Shown here piece after piece: positions 12,808-24,349 of a stretch of 64,000 bases of DNA. Position numbers and translations under genes: made by a program. The stretch is from Octopus bimaculoides (lineage: Eukaryota), in contig NC_068982.1 of NCBI RefSeq assembly GCF_001194135.2, positions 44,447,296-44,511,295 of the forward strand, read 5' to 3'. Below the pieces are notes generated by a model. That model had not been told where the DNA came from. It searched no databases and saw nothing but the letters and a program-made list of their open reading frames with translations. Every line of letters starts with the position of its first letter. Position 1 is the stretch's first letter.

Positions 12808-12957
12808 CGCTATGTAAAGCTTCCCTGAATGTATAGAGGCAAAGATGCGTGCGGGCGGCAAGCATAAAAAAATTTCGTCTTACCTCTAGGAAAAATGCCA
12901 GAGAAAGGGACAACCTAGTACTTGAATTTCGGACTTTCAGTGAAGCTTTACATAGCG
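12808..12957. mobile_element. ~150-bp MITE-like element
   Basis: 22-bp inverted repeats CGCTATGTAAAGCTTCCCTGAA (12808-12829) and TTCAGTGAAGCTTTACATAGCG (12936-12957), with TA just outside both ends. Confidence 0.65.
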
Positions 12958-13072
12958 CTATTCCAGGTTTATCGCAGGAAAATAATACTATTACAGTTCT
13001 ATATTTAAGATATGAGGAATTATGTACATTATTTACATTTAACGGATATTTGTCCTCATCTTGTTTGTTGTT

Positions 13073-13118
13073 AACACAACGTTTCGGCTGATATACCCTC
13101 TAGCCTTCATCAGGTGTC
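13073..13118 (-). ncRNA. Minimal type-I hammerhead ribozyme motif (PLE pLTR)
   Basis: Minus strand GACAC CTGATGA A GGCT-loop-AGCC GAAA CGTT GTGTT; stem I GACAC/GTGTT, palindromic ACGT stem III. Confidence 0.8.
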
Positions 13119-13242
13119 TTGGGGAAATTTCGAACCTGGGTTCTCATTCCTAAGATACTTTTCAATGTTATTATTAAAGTCATTGCCTGGAATCGAACTC
13201 ATTTCCCAAACCAAACATCTCTAAGGAGGAAAAGTTCGTAAC

Positions 13243-13920
13243 AAAAGACTACAGAGTGACAATTCCATAATAATACTTCCGGCTGGCAAGGGAAAGGCTA
13301 CAGTGGTGATGAACAAGTCTGACTACAAAGAAATGATCAAGCTCAGTAACAATCTATTAAGCAACAACTACCCACAAAACGTACTATCCACTCCAATTAT
13401 GAAGAAAAGAGAGGATGAAATCAATAAACTATCTACAGTCTGTCTACCCGATGTAAAAGGCCTCTCCGATAAGATACAAAAGATATGCGGCCCATATGAC
13501 ATCAGGACAGTATTCAAGAGTAATACAACACTTCGCAAATATCCCCTTCGGGTAAAACTACCAATAGAAGAGAATATGACCAAAGACTGCGTGTATTCCA
13601 TCCCATGCAGCTGTGGTAGATTATACAAAGGCGAAACATGTCACCCCCTCAAAATAAGGGTAGAGGAACATCGCAAAGTTGTGACACGAGGAGATATTGA
13701 TAAATCGGGTATAGCTAGTCATGTATGGAAAAATGGAAACCACCTCCCCCCGTAGGATGAAGTTAAAATAATAGATAAAGAACACCACTAGAAAATACGA
13801 AAACTAAAAGAAGCAGCACATATGCTAGGACACAACAACCTGCTAAGCAGGCCGAGTGCAGATATGAATAGCGTATGGGACCCGGTATTAAGAAAGGATA
13901 GAAAAGTATTAGATTTATAA
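13243..13920 (+). pseudogene. PLE polyprotein remnant (pre-RT segment fused to post-RT linker and GIY-YIG)
   Basis: Single frame ending ...DRKVLDL* at 13920, with two TAG stops where the 4740-5070 copy has Trp. Confidence 0.85.
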
Positions 13921-13951
13921 GCCCTAAAATTCACTCCATAATTGCCCAGAG

Positions 13952-14020
13952 GCATATGGCATAGTGGTTAAGAGCGCGGGCTACTAACCCCAAGATTCAG
14001 AGCTCGATTCGAGGCAGTGA
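13952..14020 (+). promoter_or_regulatory. tRNA-like segment with Pol III A and B boxes inside the PLE 3' region
   Basis: A box TGGCATAGTGG (13957-13967), anticodon-like arm GCGGG-CTACTAA-CCCCA, and B box GAGCTCGATTCG (intact GAGTTCGATTCC in the inverted copy near 13190). Confidence 0.7.
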
Positions 14021-14084
14021 CCTGGATAATAATAACATCGAAAAATACCTTAGGAATGAGAACTCAGGTTCGAAAATTCTCCAA

Positions 14085-14128
14085 GACACCTGATGAAGGC
14101 TGGAGGGTATCAGCTGAAACGTTGTGTT
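14085..14128 (+). ncRNA. Minimal type-I hammerhead ribozyme motif (PLE pLTR)
   Basis: GACAC CTGATGA A GGCTG GAGGGTAT CAGCT GAAA CGTT GTGTT. Confidence 0.8.
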
Positions 14129-14420
14129 AACAACAAACAAGATAAGGACAAATATCCATCAAATGTAAATAATACTATTGTAATAACATTTATGAATTTA
14201 TACACACACGCATATAAATTAAATAAATAGTTAACAGGAATGAGTACGTTTAGGCAGAAATTTAATTAACACTACACATGTTTTGATCCACATAAACACA
14301 GGATTTAAATTAAGCAACGGTTTACCTGTATAATGGGATCCAGTTGTATTTCCTCAGGTGATATATAATCACTGTCCCCGTAAGTAAATCTTTGATGTTA
14401 ACACGTCCAACTGTATGTTT

Positions 14421-14650
14421 ATAGCTCAGTGGTTAGAGTGTCGGGCTCGCAATCATGAGGTCCAGCTCGATTACTGAACAGGGTTGTGAGTTTTGTCCTT
14501 GAGCAAGACACTTTATTTTACGTTACTCCGATTCACTCAACTGTAGAAATGAGTTGCGACGTCACTGGTGCCTTTTCCTTGGACAACATCGGTGACGTGG
14601 AGAGGAGAGGTTGGTATGCATGGGAGACTGCTGGTTTTCCATAAACAGGG
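14421..14650 (+). mobile_element. tRNA-derived SINE family C with CORE-like segment
   Basis: TAGCTCAGTGG A box; GTCCTTGAGCAAGACACTT resembles the CORE-SINE motif CCTTGGGCAAG..ACTT. Confidence 0.7.
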
Positions 14651-14883
14651 TTGGCAAAAAAGTTAACCGACAGTAAATCAACATTCCATAAATATTATAT
14701 GTAATTCTGTATCGACTCGAATGGGAAAATGTGTCGCTCAAGAAAGACTTCAGTTTGAACAATTTTCTTGATGTTTCATAGTTAGATGCTTTTATTATAT
14801 TCATTCAGTTGTTAAGCCTAAATAAATCTTGGAGTTAAATGGGTTTGATTTACTGTCAGGTGACTCTTGGCCATCCCTGTATT

Positions 14884-14989
<106 letters not shown>

Positions 14990-15344
14990 TGTATGTATGT
15001 ATATATATATATATATATATATACATATACTTATATATACATACAAAGAGAGAATGAGAGAGAGAGAAAATGAACTGGTAGTTCGTTAGAGCATGCGATG
15101 GAACACCTTACAATATAATTTCCAGTTGTCTGTACTTGGAGTTCAAATCCTGCTGAGGTTAACTTTCCATTTCAGTAGTTTGTTGTCGGTAAATAAAATA
15201 TTACTAAAATGCTGGCCTGAATCGTTTGGACAGTGGACGAGATACCCTACGGTATCCGTTTCCACTTTGTATTTTGACAACACCGGTACCAATCTGTGAG
15301 GTACTACATTTTCTGAGTACAATACAGATGATACGAAAGTGGGA

Positions 15345-15440
15345 GATTCCTTGTTTGTCCCCTCTGTGTTTAGCCCCTTGTGGGCAATAAAGAAATAAGA
15401 AATGCTAGCACGCCAGGCGAAATGCTTAGCGGTACTTCGT
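15345..15440 (+). mobile_element. Fragment of the family A dimer junction
   Basis: TTTAGCCCCTTGTGGGCAATAAAGAAATAAGAAA-TGCTAGCACGCC, the same linker as in the 7269-7688 dimer. Confidence 0.75.
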
Positions 15441-15956
15441 CCAAGAGAGTTAGGGGTTGTGAATCCAATCCACTAAGGGATAATATCTATCCAATATACT
15501 GCTGGGAGGGTACCCAATTATTATTACACTAGTGTTTTTACTAAGTGCAATAAATGGGTGAGGGTAAAAGGAGGTTTTACCCTAAATTTGTATAGCAATA
15601 AGAAAATGGAGGGGAATATGTGGTACTCATCAACTTGCAGACACTGTACTATGTTAATTAATCCGTTTATTTTTCAACCCATAGGACAATAAAGACAATA
15701 TACAAACACATATGGAAAGGCAAACGGTTTGGCAAGACTTGACAATGACATAATTTAGCTATATGATAAAAAAAAGTATACAACAGCTTTTTCGAGAATA
15801 ACCTGCTATTGGAACATCGTGTCGAGCGGGGATTCCATAGGCCGAGTAAACCGTCATAGAGAGGGAGAGGTTAAACAGGTGTAACAGTGGAGGAACATTA
15901 CTCATCAATGATATTATTGTATTGAGCACTCAGAATGTATATCTATCAGTTTGAAT

Positions 15957-15990
<34 letters not shown>

Positions 15991-16087
15991 CACACACACA
16001 CAGATAGATAGATAGACACATAGATGGATAGATATGTTGATACAACCAGGAAAAATTAGAACTCAAAATATGAGTATACGTATATTT

Positions 16088-16246
16088 TTTTTAATATTCT
16101 ACAGACGCAAGGCGCGAGGTGGCAGAAACGTTAGCACGTCGGGCGAACTGCTTAACGGCACTTCGTCTGTCTTTACGTTCTGTGTTCAAATTCTGCCGAG
16201 ATCAACTTTGCCTTTTATCCTTTCAGGGTCGATAATTTAAGTACCA
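16088..16246 (+). mobile_element. SINE family A, cut by assembly gap
   Basis: GGCAGAAACGTTAGCACG...GTTCAAATTCTGCCGAG...GTCGATAATTTAAGTACCA. Confidence 0.85.
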
Positions 16247-16541
16247 NNNNNNNNNNNNNNNNNNNNNNNNNNNNNNNNNNNNNNNNNNNNNNNNNNNNNN
16301 NNNNNNNNNNNNNNNNNNNNNNNNNNNNNNNNNNNNNNNNNNNNNNNNNNNNNNNNNNNNNNNNNNNNNNNNNNNNNNNNNNNNNNNNNNNNNNNNNNNN
16401 NNNNNNNNNNNNNNNNNNNNNNNNNNNNNNNNNNNNNNNNNNNNNNNNNNNNNNNNNNNNNNNNNNNNNNNNNNNNNNNNNNNNNNNNNNNNNNNNNNNN
16501 NNNNNNNNNNNNNNNNNNNNNNNNNNNNNNNNNNNNNNNNN

Positions 16542-16587
<46 letters not shown>

Positions 16588-16629
16588 GCATATGTGCATG
16601 TATCTATTTATTGTTTTACTCTTCCACTT

Positions 16630-17400
16630 AAGATACCCAGCTGCTTAAATTTGATGGTAACAGTAAAGAATTTGTTGATTAATTTATATTTCTATGAATC
16701 ATATTTGATAAGAATTTCAAATTGGAAACCACATATTGATCCATCCCTCAAGTAAATAGTCAACACTCCTAGTATCTTATCTCGTACGAAAAATTAATTT
16801 CCCAGTCATGTGCGACTAAACATTTATCAGACTCTTATTAGCTGTCATCGAAACTCCGGTATTATTGTGTGCGGTCGTCATTCTAGTGAAGACGAAAATT
16901 TCCAACATGGAGCCCAGAGACTAAATTTAAATAAAACACATAACTCTGAACATATTGATTATTTATCTATAGTAATACACAAGAATGAGCTTTTTCAAAG
17001 TCGTATACATGGCACAAATGCACAAATCAAATTCTGCCATATATTTTCGTGTTGGCATCCAGCCTAAATGTCTATTGGCTCCATCATTTATCAAACAACA
17101 TTAATAGAACCACTTATCCCTGTTCGCGTAACGAAAAATAACCTTCAGAAGACTCGCACATTCTCGTAATCCCTTTTCCCAAATTATTCCGAATAAGATA
17201 AACCTGTATAAAAACAGGAAACCTACAAGTTTTCAATAAGCTTATAAATAATGGATACCATAAATACGGCAACATAGATATAAAAATTTCTGTTCAAAAC
17301 AGAAGCCATCTGTTTCTCCATAAAAGTCAAATAATAAAATACATGTTATCTCTTCAATTGTTGATCATTCACATGTCATCAACAAATACGCTATAGCTTC
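16630..17400 (+). pseudogene. Decayed LINE RT C-terminal region (L2/Crack/CR1 group)
   Basis: Disrupted translation IFDKNFNWKPHID...VRLNIYQTLISCHRNSGIIVCG matches the post-RT motif W..HI...IY..LI.SH..YG...WG. Confidence 0.6.
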
Positions 17401-17489
17401 AGTATTTAGTAAATAATTACGTCGTAAGAGAGTGGGCTTCTCTTTCGCTTGCTTTTCTCTTTTGTAACGCTTTTATTTTATCATTAAAA

Positions 17490-17690
17490 AAGCACTAGAC
17501 ATATATCTTCAGTTTTTAACGTCTGAATTCGAATCTAGCCGAGGTCAACTTTCCATTCCATCCCTGCAATGTCGGTAAAATAAAGTACTAGTCGCATGCA
17601 GGGTATAATTTCATTAACCAATGTCCTCGAAATTTCAAGCCAAGCGCTTTTACTAGAAACAATTCGTGTTACTGCCTATTATAGAATCTT
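17490..17690 (+). mobile_element. SINE family A, old copy
   Basis: GCCGAGGTCAACTTTCCATTCCATCCC...GTCGGTAAAATAAAGTAC. Confidence 0.65.
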
Positions 17691-18091
17691 TTGCCTGCTA
17701 CAAATAAAAAAAATACATCTTAAGATAAAACTGAATTATACATACATACATACACACACACATACATGCATACATACATACATACATACATACATACATA
17801 CATACATAATTGAAAAAATTGGAGTGAACAAGAAGGAGTGCGGTTGGACATTTATTTCTTAATCACTACAATTGTTTCCACACAACGTAGTTCTCCAGGC
17901 GTAGTTTTTCAAATACTTGATTATGCTACTGCTTCCCTGAATTATGAGATCTAGTTGTTTCCTCAGACGATACGTAAATGTTGTCTACTACTGGGTAGCA
18001 CAGGCTAAATCTGAAAGTGGACGAGCTTTATATTGTACTCTACTACGTTCTTAACAGACTATACCATAACTATATACATACACACATATAT

Positions 18092-18140
<49 letters not shown>

Positions 18141-18559
18141 NNNNNNNNNNNNNNNNNNNNNNNNNNNNNNNNNNNNNNNNNNNNNNNNNNNNNNNNNNNN
18201 NNNNNNNNNNNNNNNNNNNNNNNNNNNNNNNNNNNNNNNNNNNNNNNNNNNNNNNNNNNNNNNNNNNNNNNNNNNNNNNNNNNNNNNNNNNNNNNNNNNN
18301 NNNNNNNNNNNNNNNNNNNNNNNNNNNNNNNNNNNNNNNNNNNNNNNNNNNNNNNNNNNNNNNNNNNNNNNNNNNNNNNNNNNNNNNNNNNNNNNNNNNN
18401 NNNNNNNNNNNNNNNNNNNNNNNNNNNNNNNNNNNNNNNNNNNNNNNNNNNNNNNNNNNNNNNNNNNNNNNNNNNNNNNNNNNNNNNNNNNNNNNNNNNN
18501 NNNNNNNNNNNNNNNNNNNNNNNNNNNNNNNNNNNNNNNNNNNNNNNNNNNNNNNNNNN

Positions 18560-18599
<40 letters not shown>

Positions 18600-18924
18600 T
18601 GTCTGTGTGTAAGTATTGTTTTTAAGTTGCTTGAATAAATAAATGTATGTATATATATGTCGCTGTATGTGTGTGTATGTATGTATGTGTGTGTGTGTAA
18701 GTATTGTTATTGTTAAGCCCTATTTTATAAAATATAACATTAAACTGAAGAATTAATACTTTTTAGTAAAGTACGTTTTCCTTTAAACAATATGAGAGGT
18801 GACAGTAACATCGAAGCTTTGGTCTGCTATCCTTCGTTTGACTGACTGACTGAGGAATGCTAACTGGCCGAAAGTCCTCCCGGAGATGCTTGACATTCAG
18901 TCTTGGTTTGTTTAAACTTCCGCA

Positions 18925-19075
18925 ATTAGCGGTTCAACAAAAAGAGACCGGTAGAATAAGTAGCAAACTTTGAAAATATATATATACTGGGGTTCGGTTA
19001 CTCGACAGAAAAAAAAAATCTTTTAAGGCGGTGCCCCAGTATGATCGCATTCCAGTGACTGAAATAACTAAAGGA
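18925..19075 (+). mobile_element. SINE family B 3' part
   Basis: GAGACCGGTAGAATAAGTAG...AAGGCGGTGCCCCAGTATG...TGACTGAAA. Confidence 0.75.
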
Positions 19076-19168
19076 CGAGTGTACATTTATGTACATATGT
19101 ATATTTAGATACATATAAATATATATATACACACACACATGCACACACGCGCGCATACATACATACAT

Positions 19169-19201
<33 letters not shown>

Positions 19202-20146
19202 NNNNNNNNNNNNNNNNNNNNNNNNNNNNNNNNNNNNNNNNNNNNNNNNNNNNNNNNNNNNNNNNNNNNNNNNNNNNNNNNNNNNNNNNNNNNNNNNNNN
19301 NNNNNNNNNNNNNNNNNNNNNNNNNNNNNNNNNNNNNNNNNNNNNNNNNNNNNNNNNNNNNNNNNNNNNNNNNNNNNNNNNNNNNNNNNNNNNNNNNNNN
19401 NNNNNNNNNNNNNNNNNNNNNNNNNNNNNNNNNNNNNNNNNNNNNNNNNNNNNNNNNNNNNNNNNNNNNNNNNNNNNNNNNNNNNNNNNNNNNNNNNNNN
19501 NNNNNNNNNNNNNNNNNNNNNNNNNNNNNNNNNNNNNNNNNNNNNNNNNNNNNNNNNNNNNNNNNNNNNNNNNNNNNNNNNNNNNNNNNNNNNNNNNNNN
19601 NNNNNNNNNNNNNNNNNNNNNNNNNNNNNNNNNNNNNNNNNNNNNNNNNNNNNNNNNNNNNNNNNNNNNNNNNNNNNNNNNNNNNNNNNNNNNNNNNNNN
19701 NNNNNNNNNNNNNNNNNNNNNNNNNNNNNNNNNNNNNNNNNNNNNNNNNNNNNNNNNNNNNNNNNNNNNNNNNNNNNNNNNNNNNNNNNNNNNNNNNNNN
19801 NNNNNNNNNNNNNNNNNNNNNNNNNNNNNNNNNNNNNNNNNNNNNNNNNNNNNNNNNNNNNNNNNNNNNNNNNNNNNNNNNNNNNNNNNNNNNNNNNNNN
19901 NNNNNNNNNNNNNNNNNNNNNNNNNNNNNNNNNNNNNNNNNNNNNNNNNNNNNNNNNNNNNNNNNNNNNNNNNNNNNNNNNNNNNNNNNNNNNNNNNNNN
20001 NNNNNNNNNNNNNNNNNNNNNNNNNNNNNNNNNNNNNNNNNNNNNNNNNNNNNNNNNNNNNNNNNNNNNNNNNNNNNNNNNNNNNNNNNNNNNNNNNNNN
20101 NNNNNNNNNNNNNNNNNNNNNNNNNTATACACACATACACATAGGC

Positions 20147-20178
<32 letters not shown>

Positions 20179-20589
20179 TTGAAGATAACTCACTGATAGA
20201 AAGCAGGTCCATTTCGTTGATCTTCATTGTCGGTCATGTGTTCAGAATGGAATCAGGAGACACACTAAACCAACGAAGTTGGTGGCTGCCCGCATTTACT
20301 GGGAATAAAGAGAATAAATCGAAATAATAAAACGTGATACTGAACACAAACAAAAACAAGTATGAAATCGATATATGTATGAAATAATCCGTGAAATTAT
20401 CTAGCAAAGCGCTGCGAAATATTGACGGAAGAAAATCTAAAACATTCAATATTTTTTTATTTTTTAATTTGTATACGTAGTTTGCGCTGAACGCATACCT
20501 TTCCTCGTTACTCTCTTCTCTATTGAATTATATATATGTACGTGTGTGTGTATGTATAGTTATACATGCATACATACATATATATACAC

Positions 20590-20623
<34 letters not shown>

Positions 20624-21234
20624 ATATGTATTTATATCGGCATCAATATTTGTACATACGTACATATGTATGTATATATATGTATGTATGTTTATATATA
20701 TATGTGTATGTGTGCGTGTGTGTGTACGTACGGATGGATGGATGGATGAATGAACGCACAGACGGACTTATGTATGTACGTATTGACGTCATTTGATTTT
20801 GGGCCTGTACTTGCCTATGCGCGTTGACTTATCAACTGAAAACTAAATAGAGCGATAGATAACTAAGCAGATAACTAATAAACATGCAACTTGTTGCTTT
20901 TATTATTCTGCTAATTTGATCTGACATGCAATCATTTACTGCCTACCAGGTAATTTCAGCGTTTGTGAGCGTCCTTAAAAGCAGCTGTGTCTAATTAAGT
21001 GTGTACAGTTTATTGCTGGGCGATCGAAGAAAAAAATAAGAACAAAACGATGACAAGTATATTGAAACATTGCAGAGAAAATGTCTTCTAACTTGTATTT
21101 CTGTTTGAATTACAGAAGTGAGCGTGCTTAGCACAAGAAATATATATATAAACAATACATATTCATATCTCTCTATATATATATATATGTATGTATATAG
21201 TAAATCCACAAAAGAAAGAGAAGAAACACATATA

Positions 21235-21410
21235 GACAACAACACGAGGACGTGGTACTTGCAAAGTATTAGCAGACGCTCATGGAAGGAAAGAGAGATG
21301 GTTTAACGTTTCGAGCAACGCTCTTCTTCAGAAACAGAGGAAAATCCAATAGAAAGGAAGACAGAGGAAGAAAACCACCAACGATTCACATGTAGTTACA
21401 TTTTATGTGT
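21235..21410 (-). mobile_element. Solo pLTR-like repeat with minimal hammerhead (21301-21335)
   Basis: Minus strand GTTT CTGAAGA A GAGC GTT GCTC GAAA CGTT AAAC; downstream sequence homologous to 28380-28560. Confidence 0.75.
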
Positions 21411-21472
21411 GTGTGTCTGTCTGTCTGTGTCTGTGTGCGTATGTATGCATGTGTGTATATCTATATGTATGT

Positions 21473-21504
<32 letters not shown>

Positions 21505-21676
21505 TGCCTTTAGCAGTTGAAATATGTGACAAACACATTTCAACTAACCTAAATTGTGATCATACGTAAACACTGCTTAGCGTATTTACTCTGATGTTTT
21601 TCTCGGTCGGGCGATCTGCTAACGCAAATCAGTCAATGTGTTGGCTGAATTATATATAAAGCTATAGGCTTTGTCA

Positions 21677-21780
21677 GTTCGTTCAGGGTTACCCCTCTCA
21701 GGTACATCTGATCGACAAAAGTCAATAAATTCGAAACATCGATGTCTCAGATTCCTGAGAGAGGGCGACACTGAACGAAC
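21677..21780 (+). ncRNA. ~35-bp inverted repeat enclosing a decayed hammerhead core
   Basis: Arms 21677-21711 and 21747-21780; inside are TCGACAA (CCGACGA with CpG decay), GAAA and the 10-bp palindrome ACATCGATGT followed by C. Confidence 0.55.
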
Positions 21781-21810
21781 GGGTGTGTTTTCACGAAAAA
21801 GTAAATCCTT

Positions 21811-22670
21811 ATATATACACGTTGATATATAACCTACGTTGGAACCCTTATTCGCATAATCACCGAACCTGGAGCCTAACTATGGTCTATCCATAGCACT
21901 TATTCAGCATTACCTGAAACCTCTGGATCTAACTGACACCACTACCGCTCATAACCTCCTATATATNNNNNNNNNNNNNNNNNNNNNNNNNNNNNNNNNN
22001 NNNNNNNNNNNNNNNNNNNNNNNNNNNNNNNNNNNNNNNNNNNNNNNNNNNNNNNNNNNNNNNNNNNNNNNNNNNNNNNNNNNNNNNNTGTGTGTGTGTG
22101 TGTGTGTAAAATTTCTTTTTCAGAATGAGATAAAAAACCAAGGCTGTGAAGATTTTAGAACATTTATAGAAGGTCTTACAGCTGTTTCCAGGATATTTAT
22201 TATATCCCTTCATCGGAGGTGGTGCGAGAAAATGGTTAAGCAATAGTTTAATTTAGATAAGATACGAAATAGAGAGTGAAGTGGAGGAATGGAAATAGAT
22301 GAGAGATATGAATTTTCATTCCTCCACTTAACTCTCTATTTCGTATCTTATCTAAATTAATTATTGCTTAACCATTTTCTCACACCGTCTCCGATGAAGG
22401 GATATAATAAATATCCTGGAAACAGCTGTAAGACCTTCTATTTATAAATGTTTTAAAATCTTCACAGCCTTCGTTTTTTTTTTTTTTATCTCATTCTGAA
22501 AATTTTTTTTTATATATACACACGCTGTTATATGACCTACGTTGGACTCCTTATTCGCATGATCACCGAACCTGGAGCTTAACTACGGTCTGTCCAAGGC
22601 ACTTACTCAGCATTAACTGACACCTTTGTGTCTTACTGACACCATTACCTCTCATAACCTATATATATAT
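21811..22670. mobile_element. PLE-like remnant: ~200-bp inverted arms (22100-22515) with hammerhead motifs, plus a ~150-bp direct repeat (21811-21960 and 22520-22670)
   Basis: Arms are reverse complements around about 22300; plus arm GTCT CCGATGA A GGGATA-TAATAAA-TATCCT G GAAA CAGCTGT A AGAC (22387-22434). Confidence 0.7.
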
Positions 22671-23528
22671 ATATNNNNNNNNNNNNNNNNNNNNNNNNNN
22701 NNNNNNNNNNNNNNNNNNNNNNNNNNNNNNNNNNNNNNNNNNNNNNNNNNNNNNNNNNNNNNNNNNNNNNNNNNNNNNNNNNNNNNNNNNNNNNNNNNNN
22801 NNNNNNNNNNNNNNNNNNNNNNNNNNNNNNNNNNNNNNNNNNNNNNNNNNNNNNNNNNNNNNNNNNNNNNNNNNNNNNNNNNNNNNNNNNNNNNNNNNNN
22901 NNNNNNNNNNNNNNNNNNNNNNNNNNNNNNNNNNNNNNNNNNNNNNNNNNNNNNNNNNNNNNNNNNNNNNNNNNNNNNNNNNNNNNNNNNNNNNNNNNNN
23001 NNNNNNNNNNNNNNNNNNNNNNNNNNNNNNNNNNNNNNNNNNNNNNNNNNNNNNNNNNNNNNNNNNNNNNNNNNNNNNNNNNNNNNNNNNNNNNNNNNNN
23101 NNNNNNNNNNNNNNNNNNNNNNNNNNNNNNNNNNNNNNNNNNNNNNNNNNNNNNNNNNNNNNNNNNNNNNNNNNNNNNNNNNNNNNNNNNNNNNNNNNNN
23201 NNNNNNNNNNNNNNNNNNNNNNNNNNNNNNNNNNNNNNNNNNNNNNNNNNNNNNNNNNNNNNNNNNNNNNNNNNNNNNNNNNNNNNNNNNNNNNNNNNNN
23301 NNNNNNNNNNNNNNNNNNNNNNNNNNNNNNNNNNNNNNNNNNNNNNNNNNNNNNNNNNNNNNNNNNNNNNNNNNNNNNNNNNNNNNNNNNNNNNNNNNNN
23401 NNNNNNNNNNNNNNNNNNNNNNNNNNNNNNNNNNNNNNNNNNNNNNNNNNNNNNNNNNNNNNNNNNNNNNNNNNNNNNNNNNNNNNNNNNNNNNNNNNNN
23501 NNNNNNNNNNNNNNNNNNNNNNNNNNNN

Positions 23529-23588
<60 letters not shown>

Positions 23589-24139
23589 TACATGTGTATA
23601 TATATATTATAAGTCATAGAAGAGCAATAGGATTGGCCTTTTCTGTAACCTGTGTGAGCGTTTGTCATGTTAGAAAAATTCTCCATTTAAATTAGTTGCA
23701 ATCTTATAGTTTCACCTCACACTTATCTCGCTCGCGGAGCATCATTGAAGTATCTGCAGGAGTAGATTCTCATTATCTTCTCAAAGACTTGCAATAAGAC
23801 ATGAAGTTGGTCATATCTTCTGTGAAAACTCTTGTTAATGAAATAGTGATATACCGTAGCTCATAGAATTTAGTTGTAACTATAGTATAGTATTATTATG
23901 ATTGTACAAGGTGGGCTGAAGTAATGACGGTGGAAGTACGTTGACCATGAATATTGTACGCTGACCATTTCATAATCGGAACAGTGGCTTGTTCGGCTGC
24001 AGTGGTGGCACCTGGATTAGTATAACTCAGTGCGATAACTCATGGTGTCATGCCCAACCTATCATCATGACCTCATTCCATACCATACAGATTCCTTACT
24101 GGCTGGCATGGCTGCGTAGTTAAGACGGACACTAATATT

Positions 24140-24329
24140 GATTTCAAATTTTGGCTCAAGACCAGTAATTTCGGGTGAGGTGCTAAGTCGATTATATCGG
24201 CCCAGTATTCAACTGGTACCTATTTTATTGACCCCGAAGGGAAGACAAAGTGGACCTCGGCGGAATTTGAACTCAAAAAGTAAAGACGGACGAGATGCCA
24301 TTAAGCATGTTGCTTGACGTGCTAAAGAA
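24140..24329 (-). mobile_element. SINE family A, 5'-truncated, 13-bp TSD
   Basis: GGACACTAATATT at 24127-24139 and 24330-24342. Confidence 0.9.
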
Positions 24330-24349
24330 GGACACTAATATTATACTGG

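Larger units (their letters stand above)
13030..14170 (+). mobile_element. Penelope-like element with inverted 5' pLTR, RT-deleted ORF, GIY-YIG endonuclease and 3' pLTR
   Basis: 13030-13200 is the reverse complement of about 14000-14170. The ORF carries IILPAGKGKATVVMNKSDY (pre-RT PADKG motif) and VYSIPCSCGRLYKGET...EEH...ASH (GIY-YIG with CCHH). Confidence 0.92.

Noticed and set aside
13753-13785. In-frame stops in the PLE ORF as possible selenocysteine recoding
   Set aside because: Both are TAG, not TGA, and the sister copy has TGG (Trp); ordinary nonsense mutations.
13952-14020. Bona fide tRNA-Ser gene, and likewise the SINE heads at 1, 26040 and 52790
   Set aside because: No complete acceptor stem or terminator, and they are embedded in repeats; treated as tRNA-derived modules.
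17855-17905. Minus-strand CTGGAGA...GAAACAATTGTA hammerhead-like relic
   Set aside because: Core substitution and broken stem II; suggestive but too degenerate to call.
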